DNA of 64,000 nt from Antedon mediterranea (GCF_964355755.1 NC_092671.1:37272304-37336303), one strand, 5' to 3'; positions 52,101 through 64,000 are shown, numbered from the stretch's first letter. A program made the numbers and translations. The notes: a model not told the origin generated them from the letters alone.

Positions 52101-55100
52101 AGTGATATGACATCATCATGTCCATATATGGGCACATCACATTTTTTTGTCACATAAAGTTTGATAGTGTAGACAGAGCTTTATGAGTTTATTGCTTGCT
52201 GTTTGATTTAAAACAAATTAAATAAAATTACATAGAAATTTTCAAATGACCATTTTAAAGGTTAAAGTTTTTCATCGGAATTAATGTTTATTCAAACTTT
52301 AATGAATTGTGGTACTCACCATCTGGTTCTGTTGTAAATTCAACCCGTTTTGGTTCACTCCATGCTCTGACATTTTTACATCGAGCTTCAAATATGTATG
52401 TTGTATTAGGTTTCAGTCCATATTCGGTCCATTTCTTCTTTTTTTCAAACTACAAGATAAGCAACAAAAACTAAAAACAACTGTTATGACTTCCACTAAA
52501 ATTTATTTTTATAATTCCACCCCCCCCCCCCCCACCCCACCCCACATTTAGGCTAAATTTGGACACAAGAGTTTGGTAAAAACTTCTATTCTTAATGTTA
52601 TCCGTGTATAATCCCAACATACACTATTTTTCAAAGAAATTGTACCTAGTACAAATGACACAATACTCTATATGGCGGTTTAATTTTGTGGCACAATAGC
52701 AACGCTTTTAATACTTGCTGTTTAAAGCTCTGCCTACACTATCTTATTTTTTTATTTATTTATTTATTCGACTTCTCACTAACTCAGTTAGTGAAGGATC
52801 TGGACCAACAGGTGGTAAACACCTCTAAAACGGTCCAGTCCCAATTTGCACAGTGGCTGTGTGTGACAGTGGCTGTGTTTGTGTGGACTAGTACACCGGG
52901 GTAACCCCCTACTCGTCTCGAAAGATGTACTAGGTTCTTTAAAGTGCGCATGAGCTATGTGTACACTGGACCTACGGTTTATAGTCCTTATCCGAGAAGA
53001 CTCGTTTTACCACCAGAACCATGGAGCGAGTGAGCCTCGAACCCTTGCCAATGTTATGGCTACGTAATTACGGTTCCACTGTCTTAACCGCTCGGCCACT
53101 CACTTGCTATCAAACTTTATGTGACAAAAAAAATGTGATGTGCCCATATGGACATGATGATGTCATATCACCACTATATTTAAGCATATCACTACCATAT
53201 TTGGGCACATCACACTTTTTTTGTCAAACTAGTTTGATAGTGTAGACAGAGCTTTGTGTCATTACCTCTACGCATGGACTCTCTGGGTCATTGGGCTGTA
53301 TCTGACAAATCTGTTTATCTAAATCTGATCTGAGAGATACGCTATTCCAATCTGTAGGATCTCTAAGACGGAGCTTTACTGTCGTGGCATTCAACATTTT
53401 GTGATCAAAATAATCCGGAGGATTAGGTATAGCTGGAAGAAAGAAGACTTAAGTCAATTATGTTTCATTTTTTGAACATTAATAAGGCCCACTTACAAAT
53501 TTTTTTTACCATATTTAATGAGTGTGATCCATCCAGCAATTGCTGATCATAAGGGACCCTCAGAGGTTCACAAGACAAACTATACACAAGATGCTCTACA
53601 TAAACAAAGTCTTTGGGAGTGGAGTTGTAATTTTGTCCTTAGAAAAAATCCTGGCATGCGACGGGACTTGAACCCAGGACCCTTACCTCATAGGCCGGCC
53701 TCCTAAATTTAGAAAATTGTAGTGAAAAAGATAGGACATGAAGGTACTGAAACCACCCCCAGATCCGCCACTGTACCTACCTACAATACTGGCTCTTAAC
53801 TTGTATTTTATACCATACACTTTCATATACTCATTCATATAATCAATTCGAACTCCAACGAGACCTGTGTTACGCAAATCATCTGGACAGCACTCTGTTA
53901 CATTTCCAATCTTTCTTTTGTTTTTGCACTCTCTGTACCTTCGAAAATTGCCCATTTCATAATTTCCCCTTTAAGAAAAAGACATTTTTTTGTATGTAAA
54001 TGCTTTTAAAGAGTCTTGGGTTACATGTATATCTATATCCTACATATGATACCAAGGCAATCTAACAACAAGACGTTGTTAAGATAGGAACTTGTAACAG
54101 TCGTTTGATCTTATGTCTGGCTGCGACAAATACCAACAGTACTGTAATTTGTACATTCTCCACAATGTTAAGGGGTGTGCAACTGATCGTGTCGCAGCCA
54201 CAGATAAATCTCCGGTTCTCAGCATCCTGTTGTTTGATTGCCTTGATGATGCACTCAGATCTTATAAACATTTTAGGAGAGAGCGTAACTGAAAAATTCC
54301 CCCCCATTAAATATGGCAAGCTCAATTTTCTAAACAGATAATGTATTGCAGCCAATACAAACTAGTACTTTCAATATCAACGTCATAACAAATCTGAAAT
54401 TTTCCAAGAGATTTTAAGTTTAAATGACAAAAATCAAGACAAGTTTATATAGAAAGCATATTTCAATTTGCAATTATACTTACCTCCCATAATACATTGT
54501 GTAGTTTGTTGAACTTGAATTTTCTTTCCATGTAAAACATAAGTCTGACCCAGTTCTTGACATGTATGTAATGTCCTCTGGTTGTTCTACAACAAATAAG
54601 GTTGTGATGTTTACATTATTTTAGAATTTTGATTTTGTGTCTCCCAACATTATACAGGATACAGTGGTGGATCCAGGATTTTGAAATGTGAGGCCCAGCA
54701 GTGGCGTAATGGCTATGAGCGCTCACTGGCTAAACCCAGGGACACCGGAGCTCATGGGGGAACAATGTGCAATGTACAGCAAAACAACATACTTTCAACA
54801 TATTTTTGTTAATGTGATGCTCTTGACTTACGTGGTCTAAGCTTCTCATCGGTGCAATTCTGGCAACCTTGCGTGCACCGTACAGAATATTGAGGAAACT
54901 TTGCGTCTTTATCATTCAACTGCAGATTCCAGGAGACACTATAGTCTTGCACAACCTAATGTGTAATAAAATGTTAATGGAGGCACTACATATCTCAATG
55001 GAAAATTTTTGTTTATCATTTGTTGACAAATGTATTTATTTTCATTTGTTTGTAAATACTGAAAGATGAGGGCGTATCATTTGATCTCTGGTGCGCGTGC

Positions 55101-58100
55101 GTACAACTGAGGACTAGTGCTGTTCTGCCGTACCACGCCGAGAATGTTAAAGAGTCGCTATCCAATCGAGTTTGAACAATACCATTTCAAATGCAAATAA
55201 TACAATACAAATTTCAGTATATCACCGGGCGGTTTCGAATTAATGTTCATTGCCTAATGTGTTTATATATAATATGTTTGAAATAAATTTGAATTTTTTT
55301 AAAGGATTTAGGTTTATAGGATTACCTATATACCCGGAATAAATCTGGGTTGGATGTTGACTGGAGTATAATAGTACTGTCTTTACAAATATATTTAGGC
55401 TTAGTACAGGTAATGATAACATTTGGTTTATTGCTGATGGTACAATATAAAGTAATTTCAGGGCTTATGACTTAACACCTAATTCTGGATCCCTTTCTTC
55501 ACAAAAAAATTCTAACCTCTCTATTGGCTTGTACGTTCCACTCATATTCAAAATATCCGGTTGCAGACATCAATAAGTCTGCCTCACATACTTCTTTGAC
55601 AATTTGACTGTCTGTAATAAGGAAACACTTTTTATTATATAAATGCCAAACCCATAGATAAATTAGTCACAGGGTTTTTGTTAAAGCATACATGACCTTT
55701 TTAATGCAGATATGTTATGTGCGATTTGAACAATTTTCACATTTAAAATACTAAATTCAAATTGCACAAGATATTTTTCATCATTTGATGCCAAAGATCG
55801 TAATTTTTAAACTTTTATGAATATATATTTAGGTTTTGGTGGATATGTCTGCTTAACAAATCCTATTTTATTATTATTAAATCTTATTATTATACAGTAT
55901 TTATAAAGGCAAGTAAAATAAATAAATTATTATTAATTATACAAAGAATACGATTTATGTTTTAGGTAAAGTGCTCTCAGTCAGAGTGCAGTGTGAATTA
56001 AGACGGCGATTCCTCCATTTCGTTCCGTGTGTTCAAATTGTGCAAGGGTATTGTTATATTCAATACGTTTAAGACTACGTAGGTTCTCAGTGAAATAAAC
56101 ACAAGAAATCGTCAAATTATAAACTAGTAACTTTATTAACGTCCTGTAAAAACTAGGCTTCAGCCTGAAAGACCCACAAGTATGTTCAAAGTACACGTAT
56201 GCGCTAAAACTGATACGCGCAGCTGAATAGTACGTGCTTGAGCATAAACAATAACACCACAAATTGCCTAACAGGAAAAGACTCACAATAAAACTATCAA
56301 TGATATAAAACAAGAATATTGTGGTCAAATTTATGAGTCAATTTCTGTAACTTGTTACTATTTATGAATATTATTAGCAATCAGTCACTGGACAGTGAGT
56401 AATTGGTATTTCAATATACCGTAATGAAATTCATTGCAATACCAAAACTATTGTACAAAACAACAACAATTTTCACATTTAAAATACTAAATTCAAATTG
56501 CACAACACAATTTTAAATAGTGCAAGATATTTTTCATCATTTGATGCCAAAGATCGTAATTTTTAAACTTTTATGAATATATATTTAGGTTTTGGTGGAT
56601 ATGTCTGCTTAACAAATCCTATTTTATTATTATTAAATCTTATTATTATACAGTATTTATAAAGGCAAGTAAATAAATTAATTATTATTAATTATACAAA
56701 GAATACGATTTATGTTTTAGTCTAGTCTATGTAGCCAAGGTAAAGTGCTCTCAGTCAGAATGCAGTGTGAATTAAGACGGCGATTCCTCCATTCCGTTCC
56801 GTGTGTTCAAATTGTGCAAGGGTATTGTTATATTCAATATGTTTAGACTACATAGGTTTTCACTGAAATAAACACAAGGAAACTAGTAACTTTATTAACG
56901 TCCTGTAAAAACTAGGCTTTGCCCGAAAGACCCACAAGTATGCTCAAAGTGCATGCATGTGCTAAAACTGATACGCGCTGCTGAATAGTACGTGCTTGAG
57001 CATAAACAATAACATCACAAATTGCATAAATTTAAACAAGAGAGATTGCATAACAGGAGACGACTCACAATAAAACTATCAATGATAAATTAAAAACAAG
57101 ATTATTGTGGTCAAATTTACGAGTCAATTTCTGTAACTTGTTACTACTAGATGATCATCTAGTTCGTGCCCACAGATGGTTCTCAAATACATAGTAATTT
57201 CAGCGTTAAAAAAATGGCGATTTCAAATATACGTACGGCAGGACTATAAAACATTGTCGTTTACAGAAACAAATAAATAGACACAATGATTTATGTAGTC
57301 AACCAAAATTAGCACCTAGAAACTTGTCACAAATGAGTCCAAATTTTTTATTTGGACTCATTTAAACAAACCCAATTTGTGTTTTGTATCTAACATTAGA
57401 GTTGAGGGTTGGGGATGAGGATAGGTACAAAGAAGAACAATGTTTTAATATATTCTTTATATTAAATCATTCTTTATATTTCTTTATTATCCACTCAGTA
57501 ACGAAATATTTTTTTTATAGGCCTATAAATAATATACCACTAAATAGAGTAAAACATTTCCGATTTCTGCTCTAGCCCGCTACGTCACAAGAGATGACGC
57601 AATCAGATATAAAGCTGCAGCAAGTTTAGTACTGAGAGAGTGACATAAATGTGAAAATGGATCATCCACTATAATTTATAGGTCCAGCTGTTGCATCCAC
57701 AAAACGTCTGGAAAAGAGTCTATGAGTGCTCACGGTTGAACGATTTTGGATTCTTGCCCTTTGATTGGTTGACGCCAATCAACAGATTGTGGAAGAATTT
57801 CCACTTGTGCCAACTTGAAGTAGTCAAGTTGTCTCTAGAGAGTATTCAGTTGCATGCATAAAGTTCACCTGTACAAGATCAAGGTCATCACCCAATTGAA
57901 GTTAAACAAAATAAGGAATTATACCGCTTTCAGATTTTTTTGTAGTTAATAGAAGAAAAAGGAAATCAGCTGTAAATCACTTGTTTCAAATTCACGATCA
58001 TCTGTAATGGATATAAATAACTAAGAGAAAAGAAACTTTTTATTATAACTCAAAAACCATTGTCTGACATACAATTTAAGTATTTTTCGCTTTAAATTAC

Positions 58101-58438
58101 ATTTTTTCAGGTAAAATAACTATTATGTGACAATAAAATGACATTCAAAAACAAATTTGAAATAAAAAAAATATTTTTCAGAGGGACAATATATCTTTAA
58201 AACTGTTACGTCAATAAGCGAGCAGCGTTTTTTGTAAGAAATATTTCTTGTTTATATTATATCTAACAGTACCAACACACTTTTGATTCAAATGGCGATC
58301 AAAAGTATTTGCAGTATTGTACAGTATAGCATTACAACTATTTATTTTTATTCTCCAAGGGCCCATAAATTTACCTACTTGTGTTAAACCATGGAGGTAT
58401 GCAAGTATAGTTAAACAAAATAATTTGGAATGTTCCAT
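46143..58438 (-). CDS. Class I cytokine-receptor-like type I membrane protein (~440 aa)
   Basis: GT-AG exons: 58438-58375 (signal peptide, least certain), 54586-54484, 53968-53781, 53432-53266, 52449-52320, 51480-51442, 50848-50795, 50673-50593, 49998-49948, 49829-49794, 47004-46883, 46430-46143 = 1323 nt, open frame. Motifs CFTW..TNYTMYY, IPNPP, LKPNTTYIFEARC..AWSEP, TM GIGLFISTIGIFAVQFF, Box1 LFWEIPDPKFP. Confidence 0.78.
46520..46830 (-). mobile_element. L2-like LINE 3' fragment
   Basis: TYGFSTFTSAASSSLWNDLPASIRSCSSTIAFKSALKTHLF, the typical L2 ORF2 C-terminus; (AAT)n tail. Confidence 0.75.
47333..49206. mobile_element. 1874-bp foldback non-autonomous DNA transposon, 3-bp TSD CAT, TAG..CTA termini (Academ-like by inference)
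   Basis: TIR TAGGCTAGTCAATCTAGC extends into ~350-bp modules (3 direct, 2 inverted). CAT at 47330-47332 and 49207-49209. Empty site gagaccc-cat-gag at ~42540. Confidence 0.9.
51050..51295 (-). mobile_element. L2-like LINE 3' fragment
   Basis: YGQHAFSWSADVLWNALPNSIGKVESLATFKQLLKSHLF. Confidence 0.7.
51533..51664. repeat. 28-bp tandem repeat, ~5 copies
   Basis: Unit tttgactcagtactcagaattatttgtt. Confidence 0.9.
51720..51849. mobile_element. ~155-bp MITE, same family (right TIR partly deleted)
   Basis: Left TIR agctctgtctacactatcaaact intact. Confidence 0.8.
52030..52180. mobile_element. ~155-bp MITE, same family
   Basis: Both TIRs present. Confidence 0.8.
52726..53253. mobile_element. ~155-bp MITE interrupted by a SINE
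   Basis: Left TIR split at ctatc; MITE resumes at 53107. Confidence 0.85.
52744..53106 (-). mobile_element. tRNA-derived SINE with Nin/Deu-like domain, TSD CTATC
   Basis: rc core ttctcggataaggactataaaccgtaggtcc..tttaaagaacc..gagtagggggttaccccggtgt; (TAAA)n tail; CTATC at 52739-52743 and 53107-53111. Confidence 0.85.
55326..55611 (-). pseudogene. Probable disabled Ig-like exon of the receptor gene
   Basis: Acceptor ttattacag and donor G|gtaat, phase 1 at both ends. 286 nt (one too many, T7 run) plus an in-frame TAA. Ends QIYSGYI. Confidence 0.5.
55729..57147. repeat. ~730-bp tandem duplication (55729-56460 and 56465-57147); extra partial copies at 58901-59200
   Basis: Direct alignment by eye, e.g. 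aagatatttttcatcatttgatgccaaagatcg twice. Confidence 0.85.
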
Positions 58439-60155
58439 TCATTGCAAATCAATACATTTGTATAAACGTATATTAAATCTATCAAAATAGTATTGTTTAA
58501 AGAAAATCGGCCTGTCTTCAACATTATGACGCTGTACTTGAGCTGTTCAACCGGTTTTCAGCCATTAAAAACAATTATCGTAGGAGGAGATAGGAAAATG
58601 CGAAGCATCCTCGTATTATTGTATGTGGGTATTTTTCACGATGGACATGCATTAGACAGTGTATACCACGATCGGTAAACACCCCTATTTGTGGCAAATC
58701 GTTGAACCTAAATTCGTTTTAATTGTCAATAACTAATTATCTAACTCAATTTAATTAGTAAACAGGATTACATCAGGTGGTTAAAATCAGTACCGAAAGT
58801 ACGAACCAACTTTATATACCATCGAGTAAACATTCTAGAAGTAACGCGCGATTTACCGAATTTTGCCCTTACGTAAATTTATATATAGATTTTTTTTTAT
58901 TACTGGACAGTGAGTAATTGGTATTTTAATATAATGAAATTCATTGCAATACCAAAACTATTGTACAAAACTATTTTAGGATATTATATGTTTTTTTAAT
59001 TTTAAACAAGAGGAGACGACTCACAATAAAACTATCAATGATAAACAAGATTATTGTGGTCAAATTTACGAGTCAATTTCTGTAACTTGTTACTATTTAT
59101 AAATATTAGCAATCAATTACTGGACAGTGAGTAATTGGTATTTTAATATAATGAAATTCTTTGCGATACCAAAACTATTGTACAAAACTATTTTAGGACA
59201 TATTATGTTTTGTTTCAAAACCCAAAATGATGCAACCTCCTGTATCATTTTTGTATTATTGTTTAATGAATAGAATAGATTCTAATCAAATCACCTTGTT
59301 TTAAATTTAAAGATATATTGTCCCCCTAAAAAAAAAAATGTTCAATATGCCATTTTAATGTCACATAATAGTTATTCACTTTAACCAAAAACTGGATCCA
59401 AAAAAAACAAAAATGTTTTACCTGAAAAAATGTAATTTCAAAGCAAAGCATACTTAAATTTTCTATCAGACAATGTTTTTCGGTTAAAATTAAACGTTTC
59501 TTTTATCTTTTGTGAAAAAAATCAATTATGCAATTCAAGACAATAAATAGCTTTAAAAATAGTGTTAATAATTATAATATACCCGCTTTTGATAATGATA
59601 TTATCGCCAGAGAGATGAACCAAAATAAACACCTCATTCCTCTGTCAACTCCTTCCTCACTATTAACTACAGCAACCATATATTGTGCTTCATACACAAT
59701 TTCTTTCTAATTCTCAGAAATTCTTGGTAAATTGCGCATACTCTAATGAGGAAACAAGAATACCTAATGTTACTTAAAATAAATTATGATTACTTTCAGT
59801 ACATAAAAATGGTACATACTACTAAATTAATTAGAGAGAAAGGACGTGTCAGTTATGCAAATTTTATCAATCATTCTTATTCCCAGTTATTGGTTACACT
59901 ATCAGTATCCTGAAAAAACCCTTTCTATAATTATAGTTAAAAAATGAAATCTGTTATTTAAACTATGAATTATAATAAGTCAACAAAGATGTTTTAACGA
60001 TGTATTGTCTCCCAAAAATTTAAAAGTAAAGATGAATAAAATTTGAATTCAGTAGATCATTTTGCAGTTTAATAAACTGTTTTTTTTGCCAAGAAAAAAA
60101 AAATAATCAAATTTAAAAACACACAGTTATATATACGATGGAGTTTTTCTTGTTA

Positions 60156-60297
60156 AGCTCTGTCTACACTATCAAATTTTATTTGACAAATAAATGTCAT
60201 GTACCTATATATGGACATGACGATGTCATATAACTACCATGTTTGGGCACGTCACATTTTTTTGTCACATAAATTTAGATAGTGTATAGATAGAGCT
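60156..60297. mobile_element. ~155-bp MITE, same family
   Basis: TIRs with TTA/TTA flanks. Confidence 0.8.
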
Positions 60298-61443
60298 TTA
60301 CTCTTTGCTGGATGTGAAACCGGGAAAAACAATAAAAATCAAAACGATATTGCGACAACCAACCAATTATCGCCAGTGAATTGTAAAATGAGCTAGGCCA
60401 TATTATAAGAAACTGAACCGTCAGATAATGCTCCAGCTACTGTACTGTACACACCCATGGTACAAAACAATTGTAATGGGCGTCCCTGAAATTTAAACAC
60501 CGTGAGGTGGTTTCCCGAATGATCGTAAAATCAAAAACGGCGGTACTGGGTATGACCAACTAGCGTTCTTGTCACCAACTAGTCATCCATTCATAGAAGT
60601 ACTGATGTAGTAGCCTACCTGTACGGTGACCATAGAATGTGACCCGAGACATGACTAACTACGACTTTTAGTTGATAGAAGATTGAAAAAATTGAGTTGT
60701 ACTGTATGTGGATGTATAATGAAATTATGTCAATAATGTTTACACACTAGCCTAGTAGGCATATAAATAGTAATGTTTGTTAGTAAAAATAATTTTGAGT
60801 TAATAAGAATAAGATATAAGGAAGAAAAGCAAAAAGGCTATTAGCGGCTATTCCTGAATATACAATACTAAGTATCGTAGTTTTAAATTATAAATTTTAG
60901 GCGATATTGTCAAAGGTCAAGCGCCTATAGCCTGCCACGTTTCGATATTCAATATTGTCTATTGAACATATGTATGTTTGTTTGTTCAGTCACTCACATC
61001 CAGACATTGATTGTTAATAATCAACCACCTATTGTTGCATAATTGTACTTATTATCATATTTTATTAAGAAATGTTGAATCACATATGACTAACAGGCCT
61101 TGTCTTTTTAAAATTGTAGGTGTGCTACAAAGCACTCCTCAATACATTCAGGGGTGTTAAAATTTTGGTGTGTGTAGAAGTTTACCAAATTTAAGCATGT
61201 TGCTCCTCAAGGGCATGTAAGAGTGTGTCAGGTGAGTAATCACACTCGCTCACATCAGAAGGAAAGGTCTGCTAATAGTTAATTCAATTCAATCTTTATT
61301 TATTTCGTTAAAAAACATGATGAGTACAATAAAAAAGACTATAAAATGACTGTTGAAAATGGAACTCAATAAAACCTTAAATAAAATAGGTCACTTTGCA
61401 GTTAAAAGTTAGAAATAGGAATATATATAATGGTAGAATTACA

Positions 61444-61893
61444 TACCATATTTATTCGAATACGAATAACGCCCTGCTTTGAATAAATGCCTCACTCAAA
61501 CAAAACCCTCCATAGAATATCAATAAACGCCCCCACCTCGAATAAACGCCTCAGGGCCTTTATTTCCTCAAATAAACACCTTGCCATGTGTATATATACA
61601 CAACCCAATACCAATGTGATATTACAACACATTTTTATTTCTAGTAGAATTCATTGATTGACATGATCTACAATTTACCAAGCATTTTGATACAATTTTT
61701 ACTGTATTTTTTTTCACTTCTCGATATTAATTGTATTGACAATTGTATTTTTTTTTTAATCTAGGCCTAGATGTGGTATTGTAATTATTTGATTAACACG
61801 GTTTACCATATTACACACAAAAAAATAAACGCCTCCCTCGAATAACACTTCCCTCGAATAACACTTCCCTCGAATAACACTTCCCTCGAATAA
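61444..61893. mobile_element. Non-autonomous repeat with aataaacgcc subrepeats; inverted relative of ~42678-43078 and ~49338-49741
   Basis: aatttaccaagcattttgatacaatttt is the reverse complement of sequence at ~42850-42880; 16-bp ccctcgaataacactt repeated three times. Confidence 0.6.
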
Positions 61894-61944
61894 AAGGATT
61901 TAAATGGACCCGCCGATTGAACCTCACCAAAATTGTGCCCGATC

Positions 61945-63174
61945 GCGATTTTTTTTTTCGTACATAAGTTGGGGACCCCATCATGAAACGTCACAAAATA
62001 AACATGAATAATTCATCAGTTAAATTTTCTTGTTCCGTGTGCACCCAAGCGTATAGCAACAAGAAGTGATTACACAAGTGCGGTACGATTCTAGGCCTAT
62101 CTCCGCTGTGGTTGCCGCGTGCGATTTCATAATAGAATAGCGGAGTTTTGTGTGGATTGTCGAAATAATCAGCCTTTAGTTTATGGTGTTTTTAATATAG
62201 TTTATTACTAAGAATTACGTGTTAAAATTATAGTTTCTATTGATACTATTAGGCCTAATTACTAGTCTCTAATCTAAACCCCTGTATATTCTAGTAGTAG
62301 CTGTGTGGGTGTGTGTGACTTGTGTCTTTGGGCTATGTCCAATTACTACTTAGTTTAATGTTTTGCCTAGCTGTCGATTAGCCTCGACACATTTTGCATA
62401 GTGGACGTGTGTGTGAAGAAGAGTGCGCGAAGGCAATCACGTGAATTGACCTAGAATCCTAGGCCTATTATTGTAGAAAGAATCGTATCGCAGTTGTTGT
62501 TCCGTGTGCACCCAAGCGTTCTTGGACATAGCCCAAAGAAAGCTTAGACCCACAAGAATAAAGAATGTGTATAATTTGTGTACTGTATTTTTTAAATTCT
62601 GCTATCAATTATCAAACAATATGCAATGTACTCAAAGGAACTTTAAAAATGCGCGTATATGAACACATGAGATGGGAAGATTTGACCCACGAGAATGAAA
62701 AATGTATTTTTGTGTAATGTTTATTGTTTAATTTTGCTGACTTATTACTCGGATTGTGTCATACCAAAGATAGTGTAACTATTACCCAAGATAGTGTAAC
62801 TATCTTTGGTCATACCAAACACACACACACACGTCACACACAGCTACTACTAGAATAGACATGGGTTTAGAGACTAATAATTAGGCCTAATAGTATTAAT
62901 AGAAACTATAATTTTAACACGTAATTCTTTAGTAATAAATTTTATTAAAAACACCATAAACTAAAGGCCGATTATTTCGACAATCCACACAAAACGCCGC
63001 TATTCTTCAACAGCGGAGATAGGCCTAGAATCGTACCGCACTTGTGTAATCACTTCTTGTTGCTATACGCTTGGGTGCACACGGAACAAGAAAATTTAAC
63101 TGATGAATTATTCATGTTTATTTTGTGACGTTTCATGAGGGGGTCCCCAACTTGTGTACGAAAAAAAAAATCGC
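61945..63174. mobile_element. Long-TIR non-autonomous element (~350-bp arms)
   Basis: 61945-~62318 is the reverse complement of ~62832-63174; exact termini and TSD not resolved. Confidence 0.8.
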
Positions 63175-63355
63175 TGCCCGATCGTCCACAGGAATCTTGT
63201 GTACCCTCGATCGTTTGGTTTGGCCGGCCCCATCGACATTTATAGGCTAGGCCTAGTCTAGGCCGGTCGGTGTTACGTTAGGCCTACTTCCAACTAATTA
63301 GTATAGTATATTATAAGGACGTCTAAAAAAGCATACTTACTCGTCGTCAGCTAGC

Positions 63356-63994
63356 CCTAGGCGTCAAGAAAATACAAATAACTTGCAACGAATGACGACA
63401 CTTGAAAACAAAAACCCACATAATTTATTTCGGTGACACTAGCCCACGTGCTGAGAGCTATTCGATTCGATTCGATATTCATCATCATCATCTGCTATCA
63501 TCAGTGTTGTTAAATCTGAGCGCATGCGTTATGACGTATTACCTGTACTTTATTATTACGTAATAATAGATAGAAGCATGGAGGAGGTATAAAGTTAGTT
63601 TGATTAAAGATTTTTCACCCTCAAAAAATTGTTTTTTATTTAAATTTGTATTTTTTGATACACAATTTTAGAAATGTGTAGCGATAAGGTTGTTTTGTAT
63701 AGCTTTTTGCTATGCTACACTGGCGAAATTATTCCCTGCGCTACAGTGAAAAAACACATTGTCTTTTAATAATTACGGGTTTGCTTGTAATATTAGTCGA
63801 GTGGCTCAAAAGTAATTTTGATTAAGTATAATGATTTCGATTGAATGATCTTAACGCATGCGCTCAGATTCAACAACACTGATTCGATTCGATTCATCAT
63901 GCAGCGCATGTGCTAGTGTCACCGAAATAATATGTGGATTTTTGTTTTAAAGTGTCATTCGTTGCAAGTTATTTGTATTTTCTTGACCCCTAGG
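63356..63994. repeat. Inverted repeat, ~150-180-bp arms (63356-63534 / 63848-63994)
   Basis: gtcaagaaaatacaaataacttgcaacgaatgac versus gtcattcgttgcaagttatttgtattttcttgac. Confidence 0.8.
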
Positions 63995-64000
63995 CCTTAT

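Noticed and set aside
54062-54393. Extra receptor exon or 97-aa ORF
   Set aside because: The frame required by the upstream exon hits a stop; flanking exons join in phase without it.
59711-59719. STAT GAS-like site TTCTCAGAA upstream of the receptor
   Set aside because: A single short motif is expected by chance in AT-rich DNA.

Overview
AT-rich, intron-containing eukaryotic DNA, most likely a marine invertebrate (inference from gene content and repeat types). All host genes are on the minus strand. (1) 1-18.4 kb: a tandem segmental duplication with two single-coding-exon 722-aa TRIM-NHL E3 ligases. Copy A has two minisatellites expanded from single units still present in copy B; copy B has two LINE insertions with target-site duplications. 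(2) 18.5-21.9 kb: an ~185-bp satellite whose units each contain a long imperfect palindrome. (3) NGLY1 (12 exons, 616 aa by hand assembly) with a triplicated splice acceptor in front of a catalytic exon. (4) PPOX (10 exons, 493 aa). (5) 46.1-58.4 kb: a gene mostly invisible to the ORF track that I assembled by hand into a ~440-aa class I cytokine-receptor-like protein (1-2-1-0-1 intron phases, mucin stalk, TM, Box1 WEIPDP, DSGQGT degron-like motif, Tyr motifs). It has a decayed partial duplicate lacking TM/Box1. This is the most notable item. Introns hold many MITEs, SINEs and LINE fragments. Exon coordinates were read by eye, and family assignments rest on recalled motifs, not database searches.
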